Part shown: in pieces, positions 8,305 through 18,122 of the stretch
Numbering within the stretch: position 1 is the stretch's first letter
Layout of the letters: the number at the start of each line of letters is the position of its first letter
From: Candidatus Nanosynbacter lyticus
Lineage (GTDB): Bacteria > Patescibacteriota > Saccharimonadia > Saccharimonadales > Saccharimonadaceae
Assembly: GCF_000803625.1 (NCBI RefSeq)
Contig: NZ_CP007496.1
Span: 180,001-212,000, forward strand
Length of the DNA: 32,000 bases
Direction: 5' to 3'
Notes under the pieces: model-generated
Database searches by the model: none
What the model saw: only the letters and a program-made list of their open reading frames with translations
What the model was told of the DNA's origin: nothing
Position numbers and translations under genes: made by a program

Positions 8305-10935
8305 ATGGCAATTACACAACAAAAGGCGCTGAGTAAGATTTTTGGCGATCCGCAGAAGAAGATTCTGAAACGACTGCGAAAACAAGTTGACGTTATCAAT
8401 GGTCTAAATGACAAATATGAAAAAATGTCAGACAAAGAGCTTCGAGAGCAGACGGAGGCGCTGAAAAAGCGTTTGGATAAGAAAAACGTAACCTTGGATA
8501 CGATTTTGCCGGATGCCTTTGCAGTGGTGCGAGAGGCAGCCAAGCGTGTCATCGGTGAGCGTCCGTATGATGTTCAGCTAATCGGCGGCATGGTCCTTCA
8601 TGGGGGAAATGTGGCTGAGATGAAGACGGGTGAAGGTAAGACTTTGGTGGCGACATTGCCAACCTATCTGAACGCGCTGGAAGGAAAAGGCGTTCACGTG
8701 GTGACCGTCAATGATTATCTGGCGCAGCGCGACGCTGGCTGGATGGGCCAGGTGTATGACTTTTTGGGTCTGACGACTGGTGTGATCATTAACGAAGCGT
8801 CATTTGTGTACGATAAGGATTATGACAATGAGCATCATGATGATCCGCGCATGCGTAAGCTCCGCCCGGTTACGCGTAAAGAGGCTTACGCAGCTGACAT
8901 TACTTATGGCACCAACAACGAGTTTGGTTTTGACTATCTTCGTGACAACATGGTGAACGACGTTGACTTGCTCAGGCAGCGCGAACTGAACTTTGCCATT
9001 GTTGACGAGGTGGACTCCATTCTGATCGACGAAGCGCGGACGCCGCTGATCATCTCGGCACCAGCAGCGGAGAACCCAGACAATTACTACACCTTCGCTA
9101 AAGTTGCCAGCAAATTAGTGCCAGACGACTATGTTTTGGACGAAAAACGCCGTAGCGTGGCCTTGACCGATGAAGGCGTAGAAAAAGTCCAAAAACTGCT
9201 GGGAATAAAAAATTTGTACACGCCGGACCATGTGCGCAGTGTGTATCACATGGACCAGGCGTTGCGAGCACAAACATTGTTCAAGCGCGACAAAGATTAT
9301 GTGGTAACCAATGATGGCGAAGTGATCATCGTCGATGAACACACCGGTCGTTTGATGCAAGGACGCCGCTACAACGAAGGTTTGCACCAGGCAATTGAAG
9401 CCAAAGAAGGCGTGCCAGTGCTGGAAGAAAGCATGACGCTGGCGACTATTTCGTTCCAGAATTATTTCCGTTTGTACAATAAACTTTCCGGTATGACTGG
9501 TACGGCGTTCACCGAGGCGGAAGAGTTTCAACAAATTTATTCACTGGACGTTATCCAAATTCCGCCGAACAAGCCAGTGACTCGCGATGACAAAGAAGAT
9601 CTGATTTTCAAGACCGAAAAAGGCAAGCTGAAGGCAGTGGCTGAAGCCATCAAAGATTATCACAAGCAAGGACGGCCGGTGCTGGTTGGCTCTGGCTCAA
9701 TTGCTAAGAACGAGCAGATTGCCAAATATTTGGAAAAAGAAGGTATTAAGTTTGAGATTTTGAACGCTAAGAATAATGAGCGTGAGGCGGCCATCATCGA
9801 GAAAGCTGGCGAAAAGGGTGCGATTACGCTAGCGACAAACATTGCCGGACGCGGTACCGATATCAAGCTTGGCAAGGGCGTCAAGGAATTGGGTGGCCTG
9901 GTGGTGATCGGCTCAGAACGGCACGAATCACGGCGCATCGACAATCAGCTGCGCGGTCGCGGCGGTCGTCAGGGTGATCCAGGTGAGACGCAATTCTATG
10001 TGTCGACCGAAGATGACTTGATGCGAATTTTCCAGGGCGAGCGCATCGCAGCGCTGATGGATCGGCTGGGTGTGGATGAAGATACGCCAATTCAAAACCG
10101 CGCTGTGTCAAAGACGTTGGAGGCAGCTCAGAAGCGCGTTGAGGGCTACAACTTTGATACGCGCAAAAATGTTGTTCAGTACGACAACGTCATTAACCGT
10201 CACCGCCGCGTGGTGTATGTCATGCGCCGCAAGATTTTGGAGGGTGACAATATTAAGCCAGAAATCGAACGTCTGTTGAGAGCGAAAGTCAGTGAATTAA
10301 CAACGTTGCCAATTAAAAATAATCCAAAGTTTATTGAAGAATTTGTGGCGACTTTCCCGGTTGATGAAGGTAAGCTTTCAAAGATTGGCAAGGAAAAGAA
10401 AGATAAGTTGCGCTACGAAAAGGCGTTGAAGCTGGCAGAAGAAGCGTACGCAGCTAAAGAATCTGAGATTAGTGCTGATGATTTGCGTGGTGTTGAGCGT
10501 GAGGTTTATATGGCGGTGCTGGATACATTGTGGATGCAACATTTGGAAAACATGCAACATTTGCGTGAAGGAATTCACTGGCGTAGTGTTGGTCAGCGCG
10601 ATCCGTTGGTTGAATATCGCTCAGAATCTCAGAAGTTATTTGAGAGCTTGCAGGCTAATTTACGCAATGAAGTCTTGGCGACAATATTTAACATCCATAA
10701 AGCTGATGCCGTGGTTCGTCAATCACAGGATGATGAGTACGACACAGAACTGACGCGCTTGGCGGAGAATGCTGTCGAGCGTGGCGTTAATGAACTTGGT
10801 GCGGGTGAAGAAAATCGTGATGATGACTTTTCGGTGAAAAAGGGGAAGACTAGCGCAGAATCTAATCGTGCTAAAAACCAAGCACGCAAGAAGAAAAAAG
10901 CGCAGCGTCAAAACCGCAAAAAGAATCGTAAATAG
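8305..10935 (+). CDS. secA: Preprotein translocase ATPase SecA; likely start ATG 8305 (ORF track opens at TTG 8269)
   Basis: MAITQQKALSKIFGDPQKKILKR..., AEMKTGEGKTLVATLP, IVDEVDSILIDEARTPLIIS, GRGGRQGDPGETQFY. Confidence 0.96.
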   Translation: MAITQQKALSKIFGDPQKKILKRLRKQVDVINGLNDKYEKMSDKELREQTEALKKRLDKKNVTLDTILPDAFAVVREAAKRVIGERPYDVQLIGGMVLHGGNVAEMKTGEGKTLVATLPTYLNALEGKGVHVVTVNDYLAQRDAGWMGQVYDFLGLTTGVIINEASFVYDKDYDNEHHDDPRMRKLRPVTRKEAYAADITYGTNNEFGFDYLRDNMVNDVDLLRQRELNFAIVDEVDSILIDEARTPLIISAPAAENPDNYYTFAKVASKLVPDDYVLDEKRRSVALTDEGVEKVQKLLGIKNLYTPDHVRSVYHMDQALRAQTLFKRDKDYVVTNDGEVIIVDEHTGRLMQGRRYNEGLHQAIEAKEGVPVLEESMTLATISFQNYFRLYNKLSGMTGTAFTEAEEFQQIYSLDVIQIPPNKPVTRDDKEDLIFKTEKGKLKAVAEAIKDYHKQGRPVLVGSGSIAKNEQIAKYLEKEGIKFEILNAKNNEREAAIIEKAGEKGAITLATNIAGRGTDIKLGKGVKELGGLVVIGSERHESRRIDNQLRGRGGRQGDPGETQFYVSTEDDLMRIFQGERIAALMDRLGVDEDTPIQNRAVSKTLEAAQKRVEGYNFDTRKNVVQYDNVINRHRRVVYVMRRKILEGDNIKPEIERLLRAKVSELTTLPIKNNPKFIEEFVATFPVDEGKLSKIGKEKKDKLRYEKALKLAEEAYAAKESEISADDLRGVEREVYMAVLDTLWMQHLENMQHLREGIHWRSVGQRDPLVEYRSESQKLFESLQANLRNEVLATIFNIHKADAVVRQSQDDEYDTELTRLAENAVERGVNELGAGEENRDDDFSVKKGKTSAESNRAKNQARKKKKAQRQNRKKNRK

Positions 10936-10950
10936 TCAGAAAGTTAGGCG

Positions 10951-12228
10951 ATGAAACATACAGTTGAAGAAGTTAGGCTGAAAAATGGTGCGCGTGGTCT
11001 GCTGATTGATGTCCCAGACGCTACAGTGATGAGTTTTCAGGTGCAATTTAGGGCGGGCAATCGTTACGTCCTAGATAAAAATATCTATGAAACAGCGCAT
11101 ATTATGGAGCATATGGCGTTTGGCGCTAATGAAAAATTCCGTTCAGAGCATAATTATGAGCAAGAATTCACTAAAAATGGCGCCTATCACAATGCTTATA
11201 CGTCAGATTATTCGATGGTTTACGAGGCAATCTGCGCTGATTTTGAGTGGGACCGGATATTGGAACTCCAGCGGTTAGCAATTACAACGCCGCGCTTCAA
11301 TACTGATGAGCTGGAGGCAGAAAAGGGCAATGTTCGTTCTGAATTAACGGGCTATCTTAATAATCATAACCGTGTGATGTGGCCACGCATCCAGCAGGCA
11401 CTGGGTGAGGATATATTGACCTATAATCAGCGATTAAAGACGATTGCTAATATTGAGCTTAAAGATATAAAAAATCACCATAAGCGTACGCACACTTTGA
11501 AGAACATGCGGTTTGTGGTGGCTGGAAAATTGACAGGGCGAAAGTCTGCTATTAAGGAGCATTTGGAGGGGTGGCAATTGGAGACTGGTGAGAGGTTTGC
11601 GATTCCGCATGATGAGCCTCGTAGGGCAAATCCGGTTCTGATTCGACGCAAAGAAGCAACAAATCTGACATTTGGCTGGTCAATGGTCGTGCCGCATGAA
11701 TTAACAGATGAAGAGGCTGACGCTATGAGTGCCTTAAATCATATACTTACTGGCACGATGAGTTCAAGAATTTTTGGTTCGGCGCGTAAAAAAGGCTTAG
11801 CTTACAGTATATTTAGTGATACTTCAGTCGGTTTTTATGATTCGGCTTGGGATTTTGGTGGGCAAGTGAATATTGATACGGCCGAAAAGCTATTTGATGT
11901 CATTGTCAGAGAGTTAAAGAAAGTGCTATCTGGCTCTATTTCTGCTGAAGATTTAGAAAGTGTTAAATCATACTCGCTGGGCCGTTATCAGATGGGCGCT
12001 CAGACAGTTGGCCAGATTAGTAATTTTTACGTAGGCCGGTATTTTGCCGATGATTTTGTTAGGGATTATGACGGGGTGCCAGCTTCGATTTTGGCAGTCA
12101 CTTCAGAGCAGATGATTGAAACGGCTCGTCAATTCTTTGCGTCAAATACATGGACGCTGGCAGCGGTCAGTTCAGAAGAAAAAGAGTTGCTGACGAAGCT
12201 ACACGATAAACTAAGTAAGCTTTTCTGA
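10951..12228 (+). CDS. M16 family (insulinase-like) zinc peptidase
   Basis: Inverted zinc motif HXXEH (AHIMEHMAFG) and M16 fold-like C-terminal domain. Confidence 0.88.
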   Translation: MKHTVEEVRLKNGARGLLIDVPDATVMSFQVQFRAGNRYVLDKNIYETAHIMEHMAFGANEKFRSEHNYEQEFTKNGAYHNAYTSDYSMVYEAICADFEWDRILELQRLAITTPRFNTDELEAEKGNVRSELTGYLNNHNRVMWPRIQQALGEDILTYNQRLKTIANIELKDIKNHHKRTHTLKNMRFVVAGKLTGRKSAIKEHLEGWQLETGERFAIPHDEPRRANPVLIRRKEATNLTFGWSMVVPHELTDEEADAMSALNHILTGTMSSRIFGSARKKGLAYSIFSDTSVGFYDSAWDFGGQVNIDTAEKLFDVIVRELKKVLSGSISAEDLESVKSYSLGRYQMGAQTVGQISNFYVGRYFADDFVRDYDGVPASILAVTSEQMIETARQFFASNTWTLAAVSSEEKELLTKLHDKLSKLF

Positions 12229-12249
12229 GCCTATTTTGTAGGTTGACCG

Positions 12250-12258
12250 TGATATAAT
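12250..12258 (+). promoter_or_regulatory. Extended -10 TGATATAAT, 6 nt upstream of the murD ATG
   Basis: TGATATAAT-TATGTT-ATG; no SD. Confidence 0.65.
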
Positions 12259-12264
12259 TATGTT

Positions 12265-13509
12265 ATGAAAATTGTCATCGCTGGCTATGGAGTCGAAGGT
12301 CAATCTAATCTGCGTTATTTCCAGAAAAAGTTTCCGAGTGCCAGTTTTTTAGTGACTGACGAGCGAGAGTCCGTCGATAATTTACCAGATGGCGTTTCTT
12401 TTCAAGCGGGGTTTGCTGGTTTGGCCGACGCGTATTTAATCATAAGATCTCCCAGTATTTCTCCAGAAAAAATAAAAAACAGCGGTCAAATTTGGTCGGC
12501 GACGAATGAGTTTTTTGCAGAATGTCCAGCCGTCATTATCGGCGTAACTGGGACGAAAGGTAAGGGGACGACGTGCAGTCTGGCCGCTAGTATTTTGCGG
12601 GCGGCTGGAAAAACGGTACATTTGGTGGGGAATATCGGCGTGCCAGCGTTGGATATTTTGCCAGAGATTGAGGAAAATGACATCGTCGTTTATGAACTGT
12701 CGAGTTTTCAGCTGTGGGATCTGGAAAAGTCGCCACATGTGGCTGTGGTGCTGATGATCGAGCCAGATCATTTGAATGTTCACGCTGATTTTGATGACTA
12801 TTTGGCGGCGAAGTCGAATATTGCCAGATTCCAGACCTCAGATGACTATTTAATTTATAACTCTAAAAATGAGTTTAGCTCATCAATTGCTAGTGTTAGT
12901 TCGTCACAGAAAAAAGAATATCCGTTTGCTCTTTCGAGTGATATAATTTCGGCAATCCGTCTGCCAGGAAAGCATAATATTGATAATGCCTGTGCCGCAA
13001 TTTTGGCAGCACGTGCGATTGTTCCTAGTCTTTCTGATGATAACATAAAAGCTGGGCTGAGCAATTTTACGGGTTTGCCGCATCGCTTAAAGTTTGTCGC
13101 CGAGAAAAATGGCGTGAAATATTATGACGACAGCATTTCGACTACGCCTGGTAGTGCCGTTGCTGCGTTAAGAGCCTTCGCTGAGCCAAAGGTTTTGATT
13201 TTGGGCGGATCTGATAAGGGAGCGGATTATAGAGAATTGGCGAGTGAAATTGCCGCTCAGCAAATGCGAGCAGTGATTATTAACGGTGAAAATGCTAGTG
13301 AAATCGCCAAGTCTTTAAATGAGGAAAAAGTCTCTTGCCGAGTTGTATGCTTAAAAATGGCAATGATGTCAGAGGTGGTTGAGGCAGCAAAAAGTCAAGC
13401 CCAGTCTGGCGATATGGTAATCCTCAGCCCAGCCGCCGCCAGTTTTGATATGTTTAAGAGTTATAATGACCGCGGCGAGCAGTTCGTAGCGGCTGTAGAA
13501 AAGCTTTAA
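12265..13509 (+). CDS. murD: UDP-N-acetylmuramoylalanine--D-glutamate ligase
   Basis: [86 protein letters not shown]. Confidence 0.93.
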   Translation: MKIVIAGYGVEGQSNLRYFQKKFPSASFLVTDERESVDNLPDGVSFQAGFAGLADAYLIIRSPSISPEKIKNSGQIWSATNEFFAECPAVIIGVTGTKGKGTTCSLAASILRAAGKTVHLVGNIGVPALDILPEIEENDIVVYELSSFQLWDLEKSPHVAVVLMIEPDHLNVHADFDDYLAAKSNIARFQTSDDYLIYNSKNEFSSSIASVSSSQKKEYPFALSSDIISAIRLPGKHNIDNACAAILAARAIVPSLSDDNIKAGLSNFTGLPHRLKFVAEKNGVKYYDDSISTTPGSAVAALRAFAEPKVLILGGSDKGADYRELASEIAAQQMRAVIINGENASEIAKSLNEEKVSCRVVCLKMAMMSEVVEAAKSQAQSGDMVILSPAAASFDMFKSYNDRGEQFVAAVEKL

Positions 13510-14045
13510 CTTTGGTAAACTTCTGGTTTTAACACGCCAATGTATGGCAAGTTTCGGTATTGCTGGCGAAAATCCAGACCATAGCCGACAACAAACTTAT
13601 TTGGCGTGTCAATACCGACGTAATCTGCCTGTGCCTCAACTTCACGCCGCTCAGGCTTGTCTAGTAATGAACATATTTTTATCGAGGCGGCATTCTTGGC
13701 GGCGAACAATTTCCTCAACGCTTGGGCGGTTCGACCACTATCAATGATATCTTCGACTATCAGCACGTGCCGATCAGTAACGTCAGTGTCTAGATCCTTA
13801 ATAATCTTCACTGTACCAGAAGATTCTGTGTCATCACCGTAACTGGAAACTGCCATAAAATCAATTTCCATGTAGCAATCCATCGCTCGTATCAGGTCAA
13901 TCATAAACGGTGCCGCACCGCGTAAAATCCCTACAACGACTGGGTTTTTATCCTGGTAATCCTCGGTTAATTTTTGCCCAAGTTTTTGAACGGCTGTTTT
14001 AATGTCTTCGCTGGTAAATAAAATCTTTTCAATGTCGTTATCCAT
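13506..14045 (-). CDS. hpt: Hypoxanthine phosphoribosyltransferase; start assigned to ATG 14045 (track start 14051)
   Basis: [51 protein letters not shown]. Confidence 0.93.
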   Translation of the reverse strand: MDNDIEKILFTSEDIKTAVQKLGQKLTEDYQDKNPVVVGILRGAAPFMIDLIRAMDCYMEIDFMAVSSYGDDTESSGTVKIIKDLDTDVTDRHVLIVEDIIDSGRTAQALRKLFAAKNAASIKICSLLDKPERREVEAQADYVGIDTPNKFVVGYGLDFRQQYRNLPYIGVLKPEVYQS

Positions 14046-14096
14046 TCTCATATTCTAGCAGAGAAGTCGCTTCTGAAAAATGGTACAATAGAATAT

Positions 14097-15188
14097 ATGC
14101 AACCGCTAAAAAAGAAAATTGGAGAGTTGGAGAAGGAAATTGAGCAGGCTAAGGAGACTCTGAAGTTTTCTGAGTTGGAGCAGAAATTGGCAGAGCTAGA
14201 TGAGCAACTTAACCAGCCAGAGATTTGGAATAACCCTGATCACGCTCAAGAATTGACCAAGCATGCAGCTAGTCTTCGTCAAACGGTTGAGCCGTGGCAG
14301 ACGTTGACGGTGCAGGTGGGTGACATGGCTGAGTTGATGGAGCTTGGCGATGATGATTTGTTGCCAGAGTTTCAGACGCAGGTGGCGGCAATTGAAAAGG
14401 CGTTTGAGATTCATAAAACGGATTTGTTGTTCTCTGGTGAATACGATAATCGCTCGGCAATTGTGCGGATTTCCGCTGGTGTGGGTGGTTTGGATGCTCA
14501 GGATTTTGCAGCGATGTTGGAGCGAATGTATTTACGCTGGGCAGAAAAGTCAGGTATGAAAACCGACACACTGGAGCGATCGACTAATGATGATGCTGGA
14601 ATTAAAACTGTTGTTTTGGAGATTTCTGGGCCGTTTGCTTACGGAAAAATGCGTTCAGAGAACGGCGTACATCGGTTGGTGCGACTGAGTCCGTTTAATG
14701 CCGACAATTTGCGTCAGACCAGCTTTGCGTTGGTGGAAGTGCTGCCAAAGATCGATACGCCAGATGAAATTGCGATTGATCCGAATGATCTGAGGATTGA
14801 TGTTTACCGCTCGGGTGGCAAGGGTGGTCAAGGGGTGAACACGACCGACTCAGCAGTACGGGTGACGCACATTCCTACTGGTATTACCGTGGCGATTCAG
14901 AATGAGCGTTCGCAGATCCAAAATAAAGAGATGGCATTAAAGATTTTGCGCTCCAAATTGCTAGCGATGAAGTTGGAGCAGCATGCTGAAGCTTTGTCTG
15001 ATCTGAGGGCTGGCGAGTCGGCCAACTGGGGTAGCCAGATTAGAAATTATGTTTTACATCCGTATACATTAGTCAAAGATACTCGCACTAAGTACGAAAA
15101 CCGTAATGCCCAGGGAGTATTGGACGGTGATATTGATGAATTTATCACGGCATATTTAGAGCAGAACGCTAATTCTAAAAATATTTAG
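14097..15188 (+). CDS. prfB: Peptide chain release factor 2
   Basis: GGQ motif (SGGKGGQGVNTTDSAVR) and the RF2-type SPF tripeptide (HRLVRLSPFNADNLRQTSFA). Confidence 0.95.
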   Translation: MQPLKKKIGELEKEIEQAKETLKFSELEQKLAELDEQLNQPEIWNNPDHAQELTKHAASLRQTVEPWQTLTVQVGDMAELMELGDDDLLPEFQTQVAAIEKAFEIHKTDLLFSGEYDNRSAIVRISAGVGGLDAQDFAAMLERMYLRWAEKSGMKTDTLERSTNDDAGIKTVVLEISGPFAYGKMRSENGVHRLVRLSPFNADNLRQTSFALVEVLPKIDTPDEIAIDPNDLRIDVYRSGGKGGQGVNTTDSAVRVTHIPTGITVAIQNERSQIQNKEMALKILRSKLLAMKLEQHAEALSDLRAGESANWGSQIRNYVLHPYTLVKDTRTKYENRNAQGVLDGDIDEFITAYLEQNANSKNI

Positions 15189-15208
15189 CTTATGGTATAA
15201 TACTATTG

Positions 15209-15892
15209 ATGATTCTGTTAGATAGGGTAACGAAGAATTATGGTAAAAGTAATAAGCCGGCACTGAATCGAGCTAGCATTCATGTTGGTGCTGGCGAGTT
15301 TGTAATTATTGTTGGTACGTCGGGTGCTGGTAAATCAACACTATTGAAGCTTTTGACAAGAGAAGAGAAACCGAGCTCTGGAAAAATTGTGGTTGGTGGA
15401 ATTGATTATGATAATTTGAAGGATAAGCACATTCCGTTGTTGCGTCGTAAGATTGGTGTGGTGTTTCAGGATTTTAAGTTGCTTCCGAATCGGACGGTGT
15501 TTGAGAATGTGGCGTTTGCCCTAGAGATTGCGGGAATGACTAATCGAGAGATTAAATCAACTGTGCCGAAGGTGATTGAGTTGGTTGGTCTTAAGGGTAA
15601 GGAAAAGCAATTTCCACATCAGCTTTCTGGTGGAGAGCGTCAGCGCGTGGCAATTGCCAGGGCGGTGGTGCGGCAGCCGAAGATTCTAATTGCCGATGAG
15701 CCGACTGGAAACTTGGACCCAAAGCACAGCTGGGATATTGTTCGCTTACTGGAAAAGATTAACAAGTATGGCACGACGGTTATTTTGACGACTCACAACG
15801 TAGAGATTGTTAACAAATTGAAGCGGCGCGTTATTACAATTGATCATGGTAAAATCACCTCCGATCAGGCGAGGGGGAGTTATAAGCAATAA
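15209..15892 (+). CDS. ftsE: Cell-division ABC transporter ATPase FtsE; start assigned to ATG 15209 rather than TTG 15206
   Basis: Walker A GTSGAGKST, LSGGERQRVAIARAV, ADEPTGNLDP; immediately followed by ftsX. Confidence 0.95.
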   Translation: MILLDRVTKNYGKSNKPALNRASIHVGAGEFVIIVGTSGAGKSTLLKLLTREEKPSSGKIVVGGIDYDNLKDKHIPLLRRKIGVVFQDFKLLPNRTVFENVAFALEIAGMTNREIKSTVPKVIELVGLKGKEKQFPHQLSGGERQRVAIARAVVRQPKILIADEPTGNLDPKHSWDIVRLLEKINKYGTTVILTTHNVEIVNKLKRRVITIDHGKITSDQARGSYKQ

Positions 15893-16875
15893 TGAAATCA
15901 TCTAAATCCAGTAAAAGTAAGGATAATATTCGTATACGTCAACGCCGACGGGGCTGGTTGACTTTTGTGCGGATGTGTCGGTATGGTATTAATAACTTTA
16001 GCCGTAATGCTTGGTTGACGATTGCCGCCACTGCGGTGATGAGTGTGACACTAATAATTGTATTTATGACTTTGTCGGCACGACAGATTTTGGTTGATAC
16101 CGTCTCAAATGTCTCTAAACGTGCTGATATGTCAATTTATTTGAAGGGTGATACTCCTGAAAAGACCATAAATACTATCAAATCTCGTATTGAAAAACTA
16201 GATAACGTAGACAGCGTAAAGTATATTTCTGCAGCAGAGGCTAGAGAAAAGCAGGCTGAGCAAAATAAGGATGATCCAGATACACTAGAGGCAATTCGCG
16301 AATCTAGCAACGAAATGTCGGCGACGCTTCGTGTTTCCGTTAAGGAATTGAATAATCAACAGTCATTAAATAATTTTGTTAAAACCGACGATTTGTATAA
16401 AAAATATAAAGATCCTCGCAGGGAGCCATCATTCTCAGGCGAGCGCCAACAGGCCATTAAGACGGTGGGCAATTGGGTACGGCTGGCTAGTATAGGCGGT
16501 TCGATTGCTACAGTAGTGTTTGTGGTGATATCTTCACTGGTGGTCTTTAATACTATCCGCATGGCAATCTTCAACCGCAAAGATGAGATTGAAATGATGA
16601 AGTTAATCGGTGCTGAACGCAGCTTTATTAGGGGTCCGTTTATTGTTGAGGCAATAATGTATGGGTTCATTGCAGCAATTATCGCCACAGTGGCTGGCTA
16701 TAGTTTACTGTTTTTTGCTCACGACCCAATGACGAAATACGGTATTCCAGTTGATAATCTTTTAGGGCATTTAACAGTTTATGGCGGGTTGGTTTTCTTA
16801 GGTATGATTTTGGTCGGAGCGACAATTGGCGTAGCCTCGTCTTGGGTGGCAACACGTAAATATCTTAAACTATAA
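15892..16875 (+). CDS. ftsX: Cell-division ABC transporter permease FtsX
   Basis: Four TM topology, FtsX extracellular domain region, NTIRMAIFNRKDEIEMMKLIGAERSFIRGPFIVE; ATG overlaps the ftsE stop. Confidence 0.95.
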   Translation: MKSSKSSKSKDNIRIRQRRRGWLTFVRMCRYGINNFSRNAWLTIAATAVMSVTLIIVFMTLSARQILVDTVSNVSKRADMSIYLKGDTPEKTINTIKSRIEKLDNVDSVKYISAAEAREKQAEQNKDDPDTLEAIRESSNEMSATLRVSVKELNNQQSLNNFVKTDDLYKKYKDPRREPSFSGERQQAIKTVGNWVRLASIGGSIATVVFVVISSLVVFNTIRMAIFNRKDEIEMMKLIGAERSFIRGPFIVEAIMYGFIAAIIATVAGYSLLFFAHDPMTKYGIPVDNLLGHLTVYGGLVFLGMILVGATIGVASSWVATRKYLKL

Positions 16876-16882
16876 AATATCC

Positions 16883-16912
16883 TTGACAGTCGGATTACGC
16901 TTATGCTAATAT
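16883..16912 (+). promoter_or_regulatory. Promoter TTGACA-N18-TAATAT with extended TGC, 6 nt upstream of the ATG
   Basis: TTGACA 16883-16888 and TGCTAATAT 16904-16912; ATG 16919. Confidence 0.85.
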
Positions 16913-16918
16913 AGATGC

Positions 16919-18055
16919 ATGAAACTACGGTCCACCACACCAGTTTCGGTATCACTAGTCAGCAGAGCGTCTCTGGTGGCGATGTCTGTATTACTCGCTG
17001 GGTCGGGCGTTTTTGGCTTGGCATCGCACGTATTGGCGCGTGATTATAATGCCGAAATTCAAGCAAAGCAAAAGGAAGTAGACAGTTATAACTCTGAGGC
17101 TTCACGCCTGGGTCAGATGGCTGACAATCTGCAGTCAGAATTAGACAAGATTAATGGTCAGATTGCGGCTATTCAGGCGCAAATTGCTGATAGCCAGACA
17201 AAGATTAATAATCTAAATGAACAGATAAAAAAGAACGAAGCGTCTATTAAGCAAAATCGGAAGGCTATGGGTCGGATTTTAGCAGACCTATATGTTGACG
17301 ATCAGATTTCTCCGTTGGAGATGTTAGCCAGCTCAAATAATATTAGTGATTATATCGATAAGCAGGAGCAGCGAAGTTCATTAAAATCTTCTCTTAACGA
17401 TAAAATTAAAGAGATTAAATCTTTGCAGAAAAAGCTGGAAGAAAATAAGAAATCTGTCGAGAATACGTTACGCGATCAAGAATTACAACGCAACGCTATG
17501 GCTTCTAAGCAATCCGAGAAAGCAAAGCTTATCGCTGATACAAAGAATGACCAGAATAATTATGCTGCATTAGCACAAAAGCGTAATGCTGAAGTATCTA
17601 AGTTGCGTGAAGAGCAGGCCGCTGCTAACCGACGGGCTGTTGGTGGTGGGGTGTCTATCCCGGGCGGCATTCCAGGCGGTGGCGGTTATCCAGGTGCTTG
17701 GGCTAATGCACCACTTGACGCTTATGTTGACCCGTGGGGGTTATATACTCGCGAGTGTGTGAGTTATGTGGCTTGGAAGATTCACAGCACTGGTCGGTAT
17801 GTGCCTCACTTCGGCGGTGCGGGTAATGCTAATCAGTGGCCATCAACCGCCGCACGACACGGAATACCTAGCGGTTCAACTCCAAAAGTTGGATCAGCTG
17901 CTGTGATGAATATTGGTTATTATGGTCATGTTATGTATGTTGAGTCAGTAAATGGCGATGGTACGATTACTGTTAGCGACTACAACTTTGCCTGGGACGG
18001 CCTGTATCGGCATTACACGCGTTCGGCTTCAGGATTGACTTACGTCTACTTCTAG
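16919..18055 (+). CDS. Secreted coiled-coil plus CHAP-domain peptidoglycan hydrolase (PcsB/CwlO-like organisation)
   Basis: Signal peptide ending near SHVLA, long coiled coil, CHAP-type RECVSYVAWKIHSTGRYVP...GHVMYVESVNGDGTITVSDYNF. Confidence 0.9.
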   Translation: MKLRSTTPVSVSLVSRASLVAMSVLLAGSGVFGLASHVLARDYNAEIQAKQKEVDSYNSEASRLGQMADNLQSELDKINGQIAAIQAQIADSQTKINNLNEQIKKNEASIKQNRKAMGRILADLYVDDQISPLEMLASSNNISDYIDKQEQRSSLKSSLNDKIKEIKSLQKKLEENKKSVENTLRDQELQRNAMASKQSEKAKLIADTKNDQNNYAALAQKRNAEVSKLREEQAAANRRAVGGGVSIPGGIPGGGGYPGAWANAPLDAYVDPWGLYTRECVSYVAWKIHSTGRYVPHFGGAGNANQWPSTAARHGIPSGSTPKVGSAAVMNIGYYGHVMYVESVNGDGTITVSDYNFAWDGLYRHYTRSASGLTYVYF

Positions 18056-18073
18056 ACATCTTATATATTTTAC

Positions 18074-18101
18074 AAAACGCTCGTGCTAGGCGGGCGTTTT
18101 T
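18074..18101 (+). terminator. Rho-independent terminator after the CHAP protein gene
   Basis: AAAACGCTCG-tgctagg-CGGGCGTTTT-T, one G-U pair in the stem. Confidence 0.8.
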
Positions 18102-18122
18102 GTAGTATAATAAAAGAAGTAT

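Noticed and set aside
8232-8552. 106-aa minus-strand ORF at the secA 5' end
   Set aside because: Overlaps the secA promoter and N-terminal coding region, with no homology or SD.
9115-9534. 139-aa minus-strand ORF inside secA
   Set aside because: Antisense to strongly conserved SecA motifs.
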